Positions 52,186-64,000 of a stretch of DNA of 64,000 nt are shown here, piece after piece. The notes beneath the pieces were generated by a model. The model searched no databases. It had not been told where the DNA came from and saw only the letters and a program-made list of their open reading frames with translations. How positions within the stretch are numbered: position 1 is the first letter of the stretch; every line of letters begins with the position of its first letter. The position numbers were made by a program, and so were the translations under genes. The DNA is from Takakia lepidozioides (taxonomy: Eukaryota; Plantae; Bryophyta): the NCBI GenBank assembly GCA_030704615.1, contig CM060732.1, positions 63,240,001 through 63,304,000 of the forward strand, read 5' to 3'.

Positions 52186-55100
52186 ATGTTGTCTACAACA
52201 AATCATTTTGTTGATAGGCTTGATGGTAGTAACTATCAAGTATGGAAAATACGATAGAGATGTACTTGTTAAGAGAAGATGTCTGGTCAGCAGTAGAGGG
52301 GTCTGAAGCCAGACCTGCTACTCCAGCCAATCAACCCGCATGGGATAAAAAAGGATCGCAAAGCTAGAGGCGATATAATATTTTGCGTCAAAGACAATTT
52401 ATTAGTTCATGTCAAAAGCCTAAAGACTTTCACAGAGGTCTGGAATAAATTAACCTCACAATATCAAGATACTAATGTTATTAGTAAAAATATCCTTACA
52501 AGGAGATTCTTTAATATCAAAATGCTTGTGTTAAAACCCATGTCAATAAATTTTATAACCTTATGGATGAACTAGCCACCGCTGGTACTGCTGTCAGTGA
52601 TAATGATGCAGCAGCCAATTTATTGGGATCCATGCCTAAATCATATGCGGGCATTGTCATGGCCCAAACGGGCAATATTGGTACACTGAATGATACAATT
52701 AAATTACTCCAAGAGGAGCAACTTAGGAGACGTGGTGAAGATCATGATTCATCCACTTCAGCTTTGTATGACGAAAGAAAATTTAATAGACCATCATTTA
52801 AATTCAATAAAAAATCCATATTTAATCGCCCTGGTCCTAGCTTCAATACTGGTCCTAATTTTAATACTGGTAGTAATTTTTCCAATGGTCCAAGAAAATC
52901 AGTTATGAGATGTTTTTATTGTAAATTGGAGAGTCACCACATACAAAATTGTAGGAAGAAAATGTCGGATGAAAGGAAAAATGGTCATAGTCATACCAAT
53001 AGTTCAGTTTCCCAAGAAACCAAATTATTTGTAACTTCATTATCTGCTGAAATTGCTGAAGATTCCTGGTATATAGATTCAAAGTGCTTCACAACACATG
53101 ACAACCAACCGAGCATGTTTTATCACGTTTCAAAGTTTAGATCCTATACAACAAGTGTATTTAGGCGACAATTCTAGCCACCCCATTCATGGTCGGGGTA
53201 CCATTAAGATAATGCTATCCACCGGAGATGAAAAGTCAATTGATAATGTGCTATTTGTACTTGGGTTAAGGAAAAATTTAATTTCTGTTAGTCAGGCCTC
53301 AGATGCCGGATACAACTTTATTTTTTCCCCTATTCATTGTATGGTCATAGATAAAAAGCATAATAAAATAGCTGCTATCTGTCCCAGAGATGGAAAACTC
53401 TATAGAATTGGTAAATCAGTATGTCAAAATACCCTAGATAATTTTGAAGCAAATGCTATACAACATACCATAGTCAATGATTATGAGTTATGGCACTTAT
53501 GCTTGGGGCATGTAGGCATAAAGAAATTAAAATTGCTTCACACACATCCATATGTGCACGGAATACATTTAACACATAATCCTCATATTAATCTATGTTC
53601 TAGTTGCTTATATGGAAAACAAACTAGAAATAAATTTCCTTCACAAGGAGGACATAGAGCTGAACAAGTCTGATTCACAACGATATTTGTGGTCCTATGT
53701 CAGTCCCCTCACATCGTGGGTACATTTATTCTTTAACATTTATAGATGATGCGTCGAGATGGACAAAAATCTATTTTCTCAAATTAAAGAGTGAAACTTT
53801 TGGATATTTTAAAATCTTTAGAACCCTTGCTGAAGTATATACGTCCAAGAAGCTAAAGACTCTCCATACAGATGGTGGGGGGGAATATATTTCCAATGAG
53901 TTTAAAGATTATTGTAGAGATAATGGTATTTCACGACAACTGACTGCCAGTTATACACCACAGCAAAATGGAGTTGCGGGAAGGAAAAACTGCACTCTGA
54001 TAGAAAGCGTACGTTGTATGATAAATTTTGCTGGACTATCAAAGATCTTTTGGGCAGAAGCTGTTGCCACGGCTACATATATTCAAAACCGTTTGCCTAC
54101 AAATGCAGTGAATGGAATAACACATGAAGAAAAATGGAGTGGCCGAAAGCCAACAGTTTCTCATCTTCGCATTTTTGGCAGTGAAGCCTATATGCACATT
54201 CCGGATGAAACCAGAACCAAATTAGACGATAAAAGTCTTAAATGCATTTTAACTAGATATGATGAGAATTCCAAAGCCTATAGACTTTACCATGAGCCAA
54301 CCAAGACTGCAAAAGTGAGTAGAGACGTAGTCTTTAATGAAGGAGTCAAACCATATCAAATTGAAGACACTGAAGAGAGAGTGAATGACTTTATATTTTG
54401 GCCAGAGAATTCAGATTCTAATCCAACTCCAATGAATTAATGTTGTCCAGCCACCAATTGTCCAACCACCAGTTATTAATACTGTTCAGCCACCTCTCAT
54501 TCCTCAAGTTCAAACACCTGTCACCCCTCCTATTGTCCTACCACTTGTTGTCTATCTGAGTAGTCCAACCACAGTTGATCTTTCTTTTGATGATGATGAT
54601 GATGAGGAGTTTAATGTTGAAGATGAAAGAATAGATTCTAGTCCTCCAACCAGCCCACAGTCTGGAGTTCGCCGATCAACTAGAGTCCGGAAGCCATCTT
54701 GGAAGTTACAACAATCTCTCAGCTATTTACAAGTCTTAGCGGCCATCCACAATGACGACACTCCTCAGACATTTGCGGGAGCTATGACAAGTCCAGATGC
54801 TGACAAATGGATGGATGTCATGTACAAGATGAGTATAATTCTCTCATGACAAATAAAACTTGGACTCTTACAAAACTACCTGAAGGAAGACATGCAATTG
54901 GATGCAAATGGTTGTTCCGAATAAAAACTAAATCTGATGGATCAATAAACCGCTATAAAGCGCGTCTGGTAGCAAAAGGATATATACAAATCTTCGGAGT
55001 TGATTTTGAAGATACATTTTCATCAATATTTAAAATGACTTCACTCAGAATGCTACTTGCATTCGCGGCTCATTATGACTTGGAAATAATACAAATGGAT

Positions 55101-56324
55101 GTGAAAACCGTGTTTCTACATGGTGATCTTCATGAAGACTTATATATGCGGCAACCAGAAGGGTTCATTAAAAAGGGAAAAGAACATTTAGTATGTAAAC
55201 TGCATAAGTCCATTTACGGTTTAAAACATGCGTCTAGATCATGGTACATGAAGATAGCTTCATATTTAATAGAAACTGATTTCCAAAAATGTACAACAGA
55301 TAGTAATGTCTATATCAAGAGAGATGGGGACAGTTATCTAATTATAGCACTATATGTAGATGATTTATTTATATTTACCAATGAGCCTAAGGGATTATTA
55401 GTTAAAGTAAAGGAATGGTTAGAAGCAAAATTCCAAATGACTTATAAGATTGAACTAAGTTATGGACTTGGAATAGAAGTAAATAGAGAAAGAGAACTGA
55501 GTCAATCTAAGTATATTAGTGATATTCTGAAAAGATTCAATATGGAACATAGTAAACCTGTAAGTACTCCTCTAGAAGCTGGGTTGAAGTTAAGTAAAGA
55601 ACAAAGTCCTAAGTCAAAAGTACAAACCGATCTCATGAAAAATATACCGTATAAAGAAGCAGTAGGAAGCCTAGTTTTTGCTATGACATGTACACGGCCG
55701 GATATTGCCTATGCCGTTACAAGTTTCTCAACACTTAAATAATCCAGGACCACTGCATTGGTCAGCAGTTAAAAGAATATTTCATTATTTAAAAGGTACT
55801 ATTAAAACTGTTATCAAATACATCAAAGATGTAAATCAACAAGATTTAATGATCTCCGGCTATACCGATGCCGATTGGGTAGGAGACCATGATGAAAGAA
55901 GATCTACTTCTGGATATGTCTTTATAGTTGCAGGGGAGCCATAAGTTGGGCCAGTAAAAGGCAGACCTCTACGGCTTTATCTACAACCGAGGCTGAGTAT
56001 ATTGCCTCTACTTTAGCGGCAAAAGAAGCCATTTGGCTTAGGATGTTAATGGCAGATTTGGGACATGCACCTCAAACAACTACTATTATCAAGTGTGATA
56101 ATCAAAGCGCAATAGCATTAACAGCGAATCCGAAATATCATTCGAGATCAAAACATATTGAAATACAAGTCCACTATATAAGAGAAAAAATACTTAGTGG
56201 AGAATTAAAATTAGAATACTATACTAGTGAGGAAATGGTTGCAGATTTTCTTACGAAGAGCGTATCTAGAGAAAAACATTTATACTGTATGCCAATGTTA
56301 AGTGTAACACTTGGGGAGTGTTAA
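52186..56324 (+). pseudogene. Copia gag-pol (GAG, zinc knuckle, protease, integrase, RT, RNase H) with stops and frameshifts
   Basis: LDGSNYQVWK; CFYCKLESHHIQNC; WYIDS; LWHLCLGH..CSSC; FIDDASR..TDGGGEY..YTPQQNGVA; YKARLVAKG, QMDVKT, LYVDDL; YTDADW..RSTSGY; CDNQSAI..SKHI. Confidence 0.95.
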
Positions 56325-58624
56325 TATATGAAGTGTTAGTACTATCCTAGATATTAGGAGTACCATTAGTCATTAGTCATGACCATTAACCCTTAAGTGC
56401 CCAAGCGACCCATTTTGGGTCGCTTGGGTTTGCTTAACCACACCATAACTTCTTGTGGTTAAGGCTGATTGGGCCTTTTTTGGGCTCAATCGACAGAAAA
56501 TCGGGTCCCCCTTCATACGGCATTGGCCAATTGGTCAATGCTTGAAGGGGTACGGGTCTGGACCAATGGGAAGGGGGCCAACTCAGCTTTATGAGGCCAT
56601 TTTGGCCCCCCAAACCTGCCCAAGTTGCTGACATGGCAACCTGGGTCAGGTTAGGGTGAAAGAAATATACCCCAGAAAATATGGGGCGGCACGCTTCCCC
56701 AAACCCCTTGAATGCCCGGCAGGGGCAGGGTGGCAGACACAGGTCTGGGAATTTCAGGCCTATTCCCTAACCTGGAATCAACGGTGATAGCAGCTCCAGC
56801 CATCGCCTTAGGCCCGTGGCTGGCGGACTGGATGGAGCTTTGCGGCGAGGGCAACAAGCTCAGGGCTCGAGAGGTCTCTCCCATGCGCGGGCCCGGCTGT
56901 TTGCAAGGTGTGTGTTGAATTTGAAGGGTGTTGGTGCTAATGCAGCCCACCCATGAGGATTGCATGGCGGCGATGCAGCTGGTGGCATTCATTTTCGCGT
57001 GCAGTGCTTGGAATCTTTCATTTGGGGTGTATGGATGTTTGTGGCACGATTTTTGCATGAGAGAATCACCCAATGCGTTTGTTTGGCGTTTTGTTCTGTC
57101 AATTTGGGGTGACATTCCTTCCTGAAAACCCTAACTGACCTGCTCATTTCATTGCCCATCAATTTGTGGGATCATGGTTACTTCATCACGGTTTTTTGGC
57201 CATCGATTTTGCTCGAGCATGAGAAAAGCACCTATGGCGTGATTTTGTGGGTGGCCCAGGTTTCCATGGTGTCTGGCATGTTCGCCTTTGTCCAGCCTGA
57301 GGGTTCTCTCGATTTGGGGTGACATTCATGATTGTGGAACTAAACTGACCCGCGAATTTCCATTCACGCTGTCATGGTTCCTGGCACGTTGGTCTTTCTG
57401 CGGGCTGAAGTTCTATCGATTATTAGGTAACATGCCTGACCTGCTCATCAATGTTGGCCATCGATGGTTGGATCCATAGTTACTTCATGCGATTTTTGGT
57501 CATTTGGCATTTTGTGTCCTTTGCATGGTTGCTGGCACGATGACATTTGTCCAGCCTGAGGGTTCAATCGATTTGGGGTGACATTTCAAGCACACATCGA
57601 TTTTTGATTGTCTACCTAACTCACCTGTGAATTTTGATTTTGGGTGTCATGGTTCTTGGCACGTTGGCCTTTCTGCAAATGGAGTTTTATCGATTTCTTG
57701 GTAACATTTTTGACGTGTGATTCAAGCATGGTGCGATTCAACATTGGTGAGACTTCTTCCTGAGAGCCTAAGTGGCCTGCTCATTTCATTTGGCCATCGA
57801 TTTATGGGTGGCTCCAGCCCTGTCTCCAGCCTGCACTGTATGTTGTGTTCATTGGGAGCCACTAAACCTAGCCAGCCTTCTTCTTTTCCTTTGTGGCGAT
57901 CATGTTTCACCTATTTTGGTCTATGTTTCACCTATTTTGGTTCCTAGAGTTTCTTTATTCGCTCTGGTGCTTCATCCGCCATCTGTATTTTGTGCTCGTG
58001 CTTCCATTTGGGGCTGGCAGGGCGGGCTGCAGGCTGTGCATTCATGGTGATGCCCTATTGGGCCGCCATTGCTTAGTAATGAGGTGTTTGCAGCCCCATC
58101 ATGAACCTCCTGCCTCCAGCAATGAAACAGCCCGAAAAAAGCTATGTTCAAAGCCCTAACTGACCTCATATTTCATGTGCTTTGCTCATTCAGATTGCAC
58201 TTCTCTTTACATGTGGTTTACATCTTGTTTGCTAAGGTACTTGATGTTGTCTAGTTTCCTTGGGGTTTTCCAGCAAACTGACCTTGTGGTTTGCATGATG
58301 TTTCCATGGCATTTTTTTGGGTGCTAATGCCAAGCTTCCTTTTCTGCTTGTGTACAGGTTCTGCATGGTTGTCCAACAGTGTGAAGATCAACCCCATCGC
58401 CCACATATGATGGTTTGATCAGACTGAACTCACTAACCCCCATTTCCAGGCTTCAGTCATAGTGGGTTGGCTTGCATGTTGGCTGTACTTTATAAAGGGG
58501 ATGTTTGGGACACCATCCTCATCTTCCTTTCCTGTCTCTTGGTGTTTTCCTCTTTCATGCGTGTTGTGGGTAAGTGGGTAGCTGAGGTTTTTTTTTTTGT
58601 TTTTTTGTTGGTGTATCACTGGTT

Positions 58625-59679
58625 ATGCCTTCATTGCACATCAATGTTGTTCCTCCTGAAGCTCCTCCTGCTTTGTACAATGTGGGTATATATTTTGATG
58701 GGTGGGCTGTAGGGTTGGGTGCAAGTGAGAGTGACAGGGCTTTCATTAGAGGGTGCTTAGGCCAGGATTTCTTGGTGTCTCTCCAGCCTCCACCTGGTGT
58801 AAGTCCTTTGAGTTTCAGTCCCACACCAAGTGAGCTTAGGTACCATTTCAGGCATCAAAGTTGCTAGGAGACTTGGTTGGAGAGCTTGCAGAGTTGAGAG
58901 GTCTAGCACAGGGTTCAGTGATTTGGTAAACCGCCTCTTGCGCACTATTGTTTACCCGGATCACCCACACTATGTCTGGACAGTGGAACCTGAAGAGGAT
59001 GGCCAGGCAAGCGGCCAAACAGAGGCGCTTACAATGCTTGTCACAGCTTCCCTTGGACCAAATGCAAATGATGTGGAGTCAGGACCTGAGGCAACTAGCA
59101 ATGCTTCAGCCCCTAGTGCACCCACCATCGACTTCTCACTGCCAGTTCTCCCCACTGTTGATGGAATCAGCAATGTCCCATGGCCAGAATTTGACCTTGG
59201 AACAGCCCCCAACTGGCCTGATACATTCTGAGCCTGCTGGTTTGAGTGACAATCAGCCTCTTCAATTTGAAGGTACCGGTGCCTTGACATCCCCTTTTAG
59301 CACCAGTTTGCAGTTGAGAGGAAGAGGTGTTCATTCCAATTCTAGTCCTGACAAGGGGAAATATGTTGATGTGGAGGATTCGCAACCGGATTGTAGTCCT
59401 TGCAATTTGTTTGACCTTGGGGTGTCTCATATGCCAAAGAGAGTAGATCTGACCAGCACATCTGCTGGAAGATCTGAAACACGTCTGATCAGGCTTGCTG
59501 TACCTGCTAGAGTCAAACAACATGTGGTTTGTGGTGAGTCTCACGAATGGGTGGATCCCACATTAGATTGGTGTTATGGTGAGATTCTTCAGATCTGGAT
59601 TCAGGTGCCTTCACAAGAGAAAATGGTGGAGGCTGACTTTGGTCCATTACTTGGTTTGAGGGCACTTCACATTGGGTAG
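58625..59679 (+). other. Frameshifted coding-like region upstream of the piggyBac transposase (long N-terminal extension or second ORF)
   Basis: Three consecutive ORFs (58625, 58830, 58948) can be joined by single-base shifts near 58858 and 59228. Confidence 0.4.
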
Positions 59680-59799
59680 TGTGATTTGCTTGGGCTGCCC
59701 ACTAGTACTTTGTTTGGGGATGGCACAAGTGACAAAAAAGGGAAGTTGGTCCTCAATGGTAGAGGGGATATGTGCTCACAACACTTGATGGATGACATT

Positions 59800-61520
59800 G
59801 ACATTCCTGAAATTCTGATGATGAGGACTATGGTGATGAGCCTACAATATATGAGGGGGACACGGATGATGAAGACAATTGGAATTGGGCTGGGGAAAGT
59901 CATGAGGATCTGTTGGGTGAGTTGGGTATATATGATGACACTGTCAATTTGGATACTCTGGAATTTAGGGATCTCTTCAAAGACAACAATTGGCAGTCAA
60001 GTAGTGACCGCTTGGTTGGCACCCCAGGTAAATTTGTTGGTCCTCCTGCTGGCCCAACTTTGCCTAGCACTTTTAGGGGAGACTTGCTCTCTTGGTTCGA
60101 CCTTTTTTTCCCACGAGTCAACCTGGTCCGTATATGCTGTCAGACCAACAAATATACAGATTATGTACTTGACCCAATTAGTGGTAGAACGAGGGGGGGG
60201 GGGGGGGGAGACTGGATTCCATTGGTTGTTTTTTAGTTGAAGGCATTCATGGGCATATGCTTGTACATGGGTCTGAAAATACAGCCAAGTATGAGGTCGT
60301 ATTGGTCTGTTTCTTCCAAATTTTTTGAGTGCTCATACATCCAGAAGGTGATGGCGAGAAATAGGTTTGAGTCAATCATGCGATGTCTTCATTTGGTTGA
60401 CAATTCCACATTTTGTCAAGACAAGTCCAGCCCTCATTATGATAGATTAGATAAGTGTCATTGGTTTGTAGAGGACTTGGGGCGCATCAGTCGTACCTTG
60501 TATAACCCTGGAAAATACCTTACTGTTGATGAGATGATGATTGCCTACTCAGGTAAGTACTATTCCTTCCGGTAGTACATGAAGAAAAAGCCTATTAAAT
60601 GGGGTATCAAGGCTGGGTGTTTGGCTGATTCTGAATCCAAGTTTGTGTACAACATTTCAGTGTATTTGGGAGCTGAAGGTGGCAATGCTGGGCTGAATTG
60701 TAAGAGGAAAGGGGCAGCCGGGCAGGGTTTTGATGTGGTGATGGAGATGATGGAAGGGCTCTTCCATGTGGGTCACACAATGGTGTTTGATAACTTCATT
60801 ACATCTCCTCTACTTTTATGGGAGTTGTTGAAGTTGGGAACATATGCCACTGGCACTTGCAGGACTGACCGTATTGGTGTCCCCGTGTCTTTGCTTGGGC
60901 ACACTCGAGGGACTCGTGGAGATGTGTGGTACAAGATGCATAGGTCTCGGAAGATTTGTGCGTTGTTGTGGTGGGACCAGAAAGGGGTTTTCTTGCTATC
61001 TACTAGTGCTAATCCTGTCCCTAGTGCTGCTGAACCAGCAACCGTTCGATGGTGGGATGGGGCTGTTGGTGCACGGGTGGAGGTGCAATCATCTCCCGGA
61101 ATATCAAGCCAACATGCATGGGGTTGATGTACAGGACCAGTTGAGGGGATCATACTCTTGTCAAACACGTACCCACAAGTGGTGGCACCGCCTGTTTTTT
61201 TTTGTGCTTGATACATCCATGGTGAATATGTGGATATTGTACCGCAGACACATGGCTTCTTTGGGCAAAAATGCATTGACTCATGCCCACTTCCAATTGT
61301 TGGTTGGAGAGGCTCTGACAAGGGGATGGCAGCAGGGCTACACATGTACATATTTGGTGGTACCATCACATGCGCCGGCTCTTCATATGCTTGAGCGTTC
61401 TCATTTACGCCGCAGATGCATTGTTTGGGCCAAAAGTGTCGCACATTTTGTGGCTGTTGTGACAGTCACTTTATGTGCCATGACAAGTGTTTTCAAAGAG
61501 TTAACCGTAGACATGGCTAG
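59800..61520 (+). pseudogene. piggyBac transposase (acidic N-terminus, DDD core, Cys-rich C-terminal domain), disrupted
   Basis: LKAFMGICLYMGL..YWS..MARNRFESIMRCLHL; LTVDEMM; *YMKKKPIKWGIK; FDNFITS; GTCR; WDQKGVFLLST; YQANMHGVDVQDQ..KWWHRLFF; RRC..KCRTFCGCC..MCHDKCF. TAG at 60573 and frameshifts near 60200, 61095 and 61426. Confidence 0.93.
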
Positions 61521-63411
61521 GTGTCATTTTATGTCGATTTTTGATAGTGATTACAATTTTGAACTCTTGACAATGGTGAAACTCTTTTGCTATATTTTTG
61601 TTTATGGATAGTATGTAATATAGGGGATGACAGGGTGGTGGGGTGATGTGCAGGGGGCTGACTTTTTGACATGACAATTTGACAGTCTACTGCGACTAGT
61701 AATCACTAACATCATTATCACTAACAATAGCTAGAGGGAGGGGGAGATGGGGGCTGTGGGATGGTAGTGGTGGGGATTGGGGGGGGGGGGATGCGTTGCG
61801 ATGGGCAGTTTTTGTGTGGGTTCAATCCCCACTCGAGTCTGGGTTATGGTATGGGGATATGTAGGACTGGTTGCAAAAAACATGTATCATTAAGTTCAGC
61901 ACCTGGCTGAACTAGTGTTCATATGTATGTACCATGAACAAATTCAAGAACTCCTTGAATTGATGTATATTTCCCTTCGCAGCTTTGCATGACTTAGACA
62001 ATTTCAAGATGTATCACACAGGCTTGAAACCACACAAAGAACTTAGAACAATGCAAGGAGCTTCAAGCACACAAAGGACTTGTAAACAAATTCAATGAGC
62101 TTCAGACACACAAAGGACTTAGAACAAATTCAAGGGGCTTCAAGCACACAAGTACATAAGGGACTTAGACAAATTCAGGGGTTCCTACAGTTTGACATTC
62201 AAAACTGTTTGGAAACATCCCGATAAAGTCAAAAATCCGGGATGTATTTCCGGTGAAATCACCTTCATCTGCAAAACCCGGGATGCATTTCGGGTTAGGG
62301 GTAGGCCATATATATGTGGGGTGGCAAAGTCCAAAACCCCTCATTATGAGGGGGTGGGCCGAACCTGGGGCAGGGGTTTCATAGGGTTGAGGGTGGAGTG
62401 GGCCCCCAAGAAAGTAGGGGCCGGCTAGCGAGAGGAGCTCCCAAACCATCTACCCTTGTGGGCTATGGTTCCAAATATCCTAGGCCTGCTGGCTATAACA
62501 TAGGTGTGCCATTTGAAGTCTTGGGCAGGGAACCTAAAGATGCGATGACAGTTACTGATTGGTCTCAAAAAATTTGGGGACCTCACATGGATGCCTTTGA
62601 CACTTCAACCGGAGGGATTAGGAATTGAACGGCTGAATTTTTTTTGTAGAATATTTGGAAGAGAGATTTTGGTCTGCCCAAAGAAAATGGCATAATTTGA
62701 CCCCCCCCTTTGTCACTACAAAGGAGCTCACTTGAGAACATTTCAGAAAAAACTGAAAACTTCTGAGGATGTGTGTTATCAGGTATAGAACAACATTCTT
62801 GAGACTGTAAAATTTAAAAAAAAAACCTGCCCCGGGTATTGGCTAAAAAACTGCTTTTTTTGGCACCTAGTTCTTAGTGGAGATTTGTTTTTGTCCCAAC
62901 TCTACACTTTATAATCTTCAGATCTGGCCGTTGGATTTTGGTGAAACTTTTTGTGGTAGGAGGTGGGGTAGGTGGGAAGTAATTCCAACGGTCAGTTTTA
63001 CATGGACATAGAAAATTTCAAGATAAAAAAGTTTTTGTGGGCTAGGGTCAAGTTTTTCCACCAAAGGGTGAAAATGAGCTTGGGCCCACTTAAGGGTTAA
63101 TATGATAAATAGGAAGAGTTGCATTACTCACTATATGAAACCTTTTTATAAACAGGAAGACATATAGAGCTTTTATGTAGATTTGTTTCAATGTCTTGTC
63201 TTCTTGTCTTTAATGCTTGAGTACAAATTTATCAGATTTTGCAAATGACAGGTAGAGATTGGAGAAGACAAGCATTGCAGAGGAACAGATTCCACGTCGT
63301 CCACGACCAGTGAATCCAAGCAGGGATGGTTTTAGCTCAGGCTTTACTCCTTTCAGACAGCCACTCCCTGAGCTCAAGAATATTGGAGCTCCTCTTGCAG
63401 CGTCAGTTCCG

Positions 63412-63591
63412 GCTCTGCCAAGGCAACAAACGCCGGAGGACTGCCCGAGCTTCAAGGTGGTCATCGTCGGAGACAGTGCCACAGGTACTTCGGGTACTAC
63501 GGGTTCTTTGCTCCCGGCGGTCGTAGCGGAGCTGCAAGCAGCAACGCTGCAGCCCATTCCCGACGACGACGAGGACAAGTTCGAGAGCTAG
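63412..63591 (+). pseudogene. RAN: Ran GTPase N- and C-terminal remnants fused (core deleted), inside chimeric ORF 63259..63591
   Basis: ALPRQQTPEDCPSFKVVIVGDSATG matches the plant Ran N-terminus ([24 protein letters not shown]). AELQAATLQPIPDDDEDKFE matches the Ran acidic tail (AELAAAASQPLPDDDDD.FE). Confidence 0.8.
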
Positions 63592-64000
63592 GTCGTGAGT
63601 GGGATGTGGGGGTAGTCGCCCATTTTCCTGTCTGGCTATTATCATTGTGGCAGTGGGAAATGGCGGTGGATACGTGGGCGTCGGTGTGGACGTGTGTGTT
63701 CGTTAGAGATGGTCAGTGATGGTGACTTGAGCTTTTTCGAGACAGTCTCTGGCACTAATTAGGTTAGGTGCATGGTGGATGGGCGTGCTGGTCGATGGGA
63801 ATGGTACATAAGAATGAACGCTCGAGACATTGAGAATGTATATGTGATCGGCCGAAGCTTCTTCCAGTGGAGTGGATGGTTAGACGCTGAGTTCTATTGT
63901 AGAGACAATGTGGGGTTCTAGTGTATGGTGTTCATTGTACTCTGGGACGGGTGGAGTTTTTTTGGGGAGTTTTAGTAGTGGTGATGCTACCTGTGGAAAT

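Larger units (their letters stand above)
56390..63096 (+). mobile_element. piggyBac DNA transposon, 6707 bp
   Basis: TTAA TSD at 56386-89 and 63097-63100; the intact 5' LTR has a single TTAA at this position. TIR CCCTTAAGTG(gg)CCCAAGC. Internal piggyBac transposase. Confidence 0.96.
51903..63234 (+). mobile_element. Ty1/Copia LTR retrotransposon; its 3' LTR is interrupted by a piggyBac
   Basis: TG..CA LTRs at 51903-52116 and 56319-56389 + 63097-63234. 5-bp TSD GATTT at 51898-51902 and 63235-63239. tRNA-Met PBS TGGTATCAGAGC at 52117-52128. PPT GGGGAG at 56313-56318. Confidence 0.96.

Noticed and set aside
10378-63260. Recurrent in-frame TAG at Gln/Trp positions suggesting stop-codon reassignment or U-to-C editing
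   Set aside because: Confined to TEs and pseudogenes that mostly carry other lesions. The intact cyclophilin terminates with TAG. C>T decay of methylated DNA explains it more simply.

Overview
Eukaryotic nuclear DNA from a land plant, probably a non-seed plant (inferred from the plant-type genes with GT-AG introns, a piggyBac, RTE-type LINE tails and a KIF7/KIF27-like kinesin remnant). It is a TE- and pseudogene-rich region. Apparently intact genes: an intronless cyclophilin with a Pro/Lys/Glu tail, a secreted His-rich repeat protein, a 5-exon LPA1-like (DUF3493) gene, and the first coding exon of a coiled-coil gene running off the window. Elements with resolved boundaries: (1) a 7.3-kb hAT (8-bp TSD) that carries an intron-containing ETF-QO gene fragment as well as its transposase, inserted in an FCP1/HAD-like gene; (2) a 772-bp non-autonomous hAT in a PUR3 exon; (3) a Ty1/Copia element (5-bp TSD) whose 3' LTR is split by (4) a 6.7-kb piggyBac (TTAA TSD). 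Also present are two convergent CACTA transposase relics around a palindromic satellite, L1 and RTE-like LINE 3' ends, and a mosaic of gene fragments (RlmI-like, kinesin-4 tail with one inverted exon, cyclophilin 5' copy, PDCD2 retrocopy, PUR3, a Ran with its core deleted). All family assignments come from recognising motifs by eye; no database search was run.
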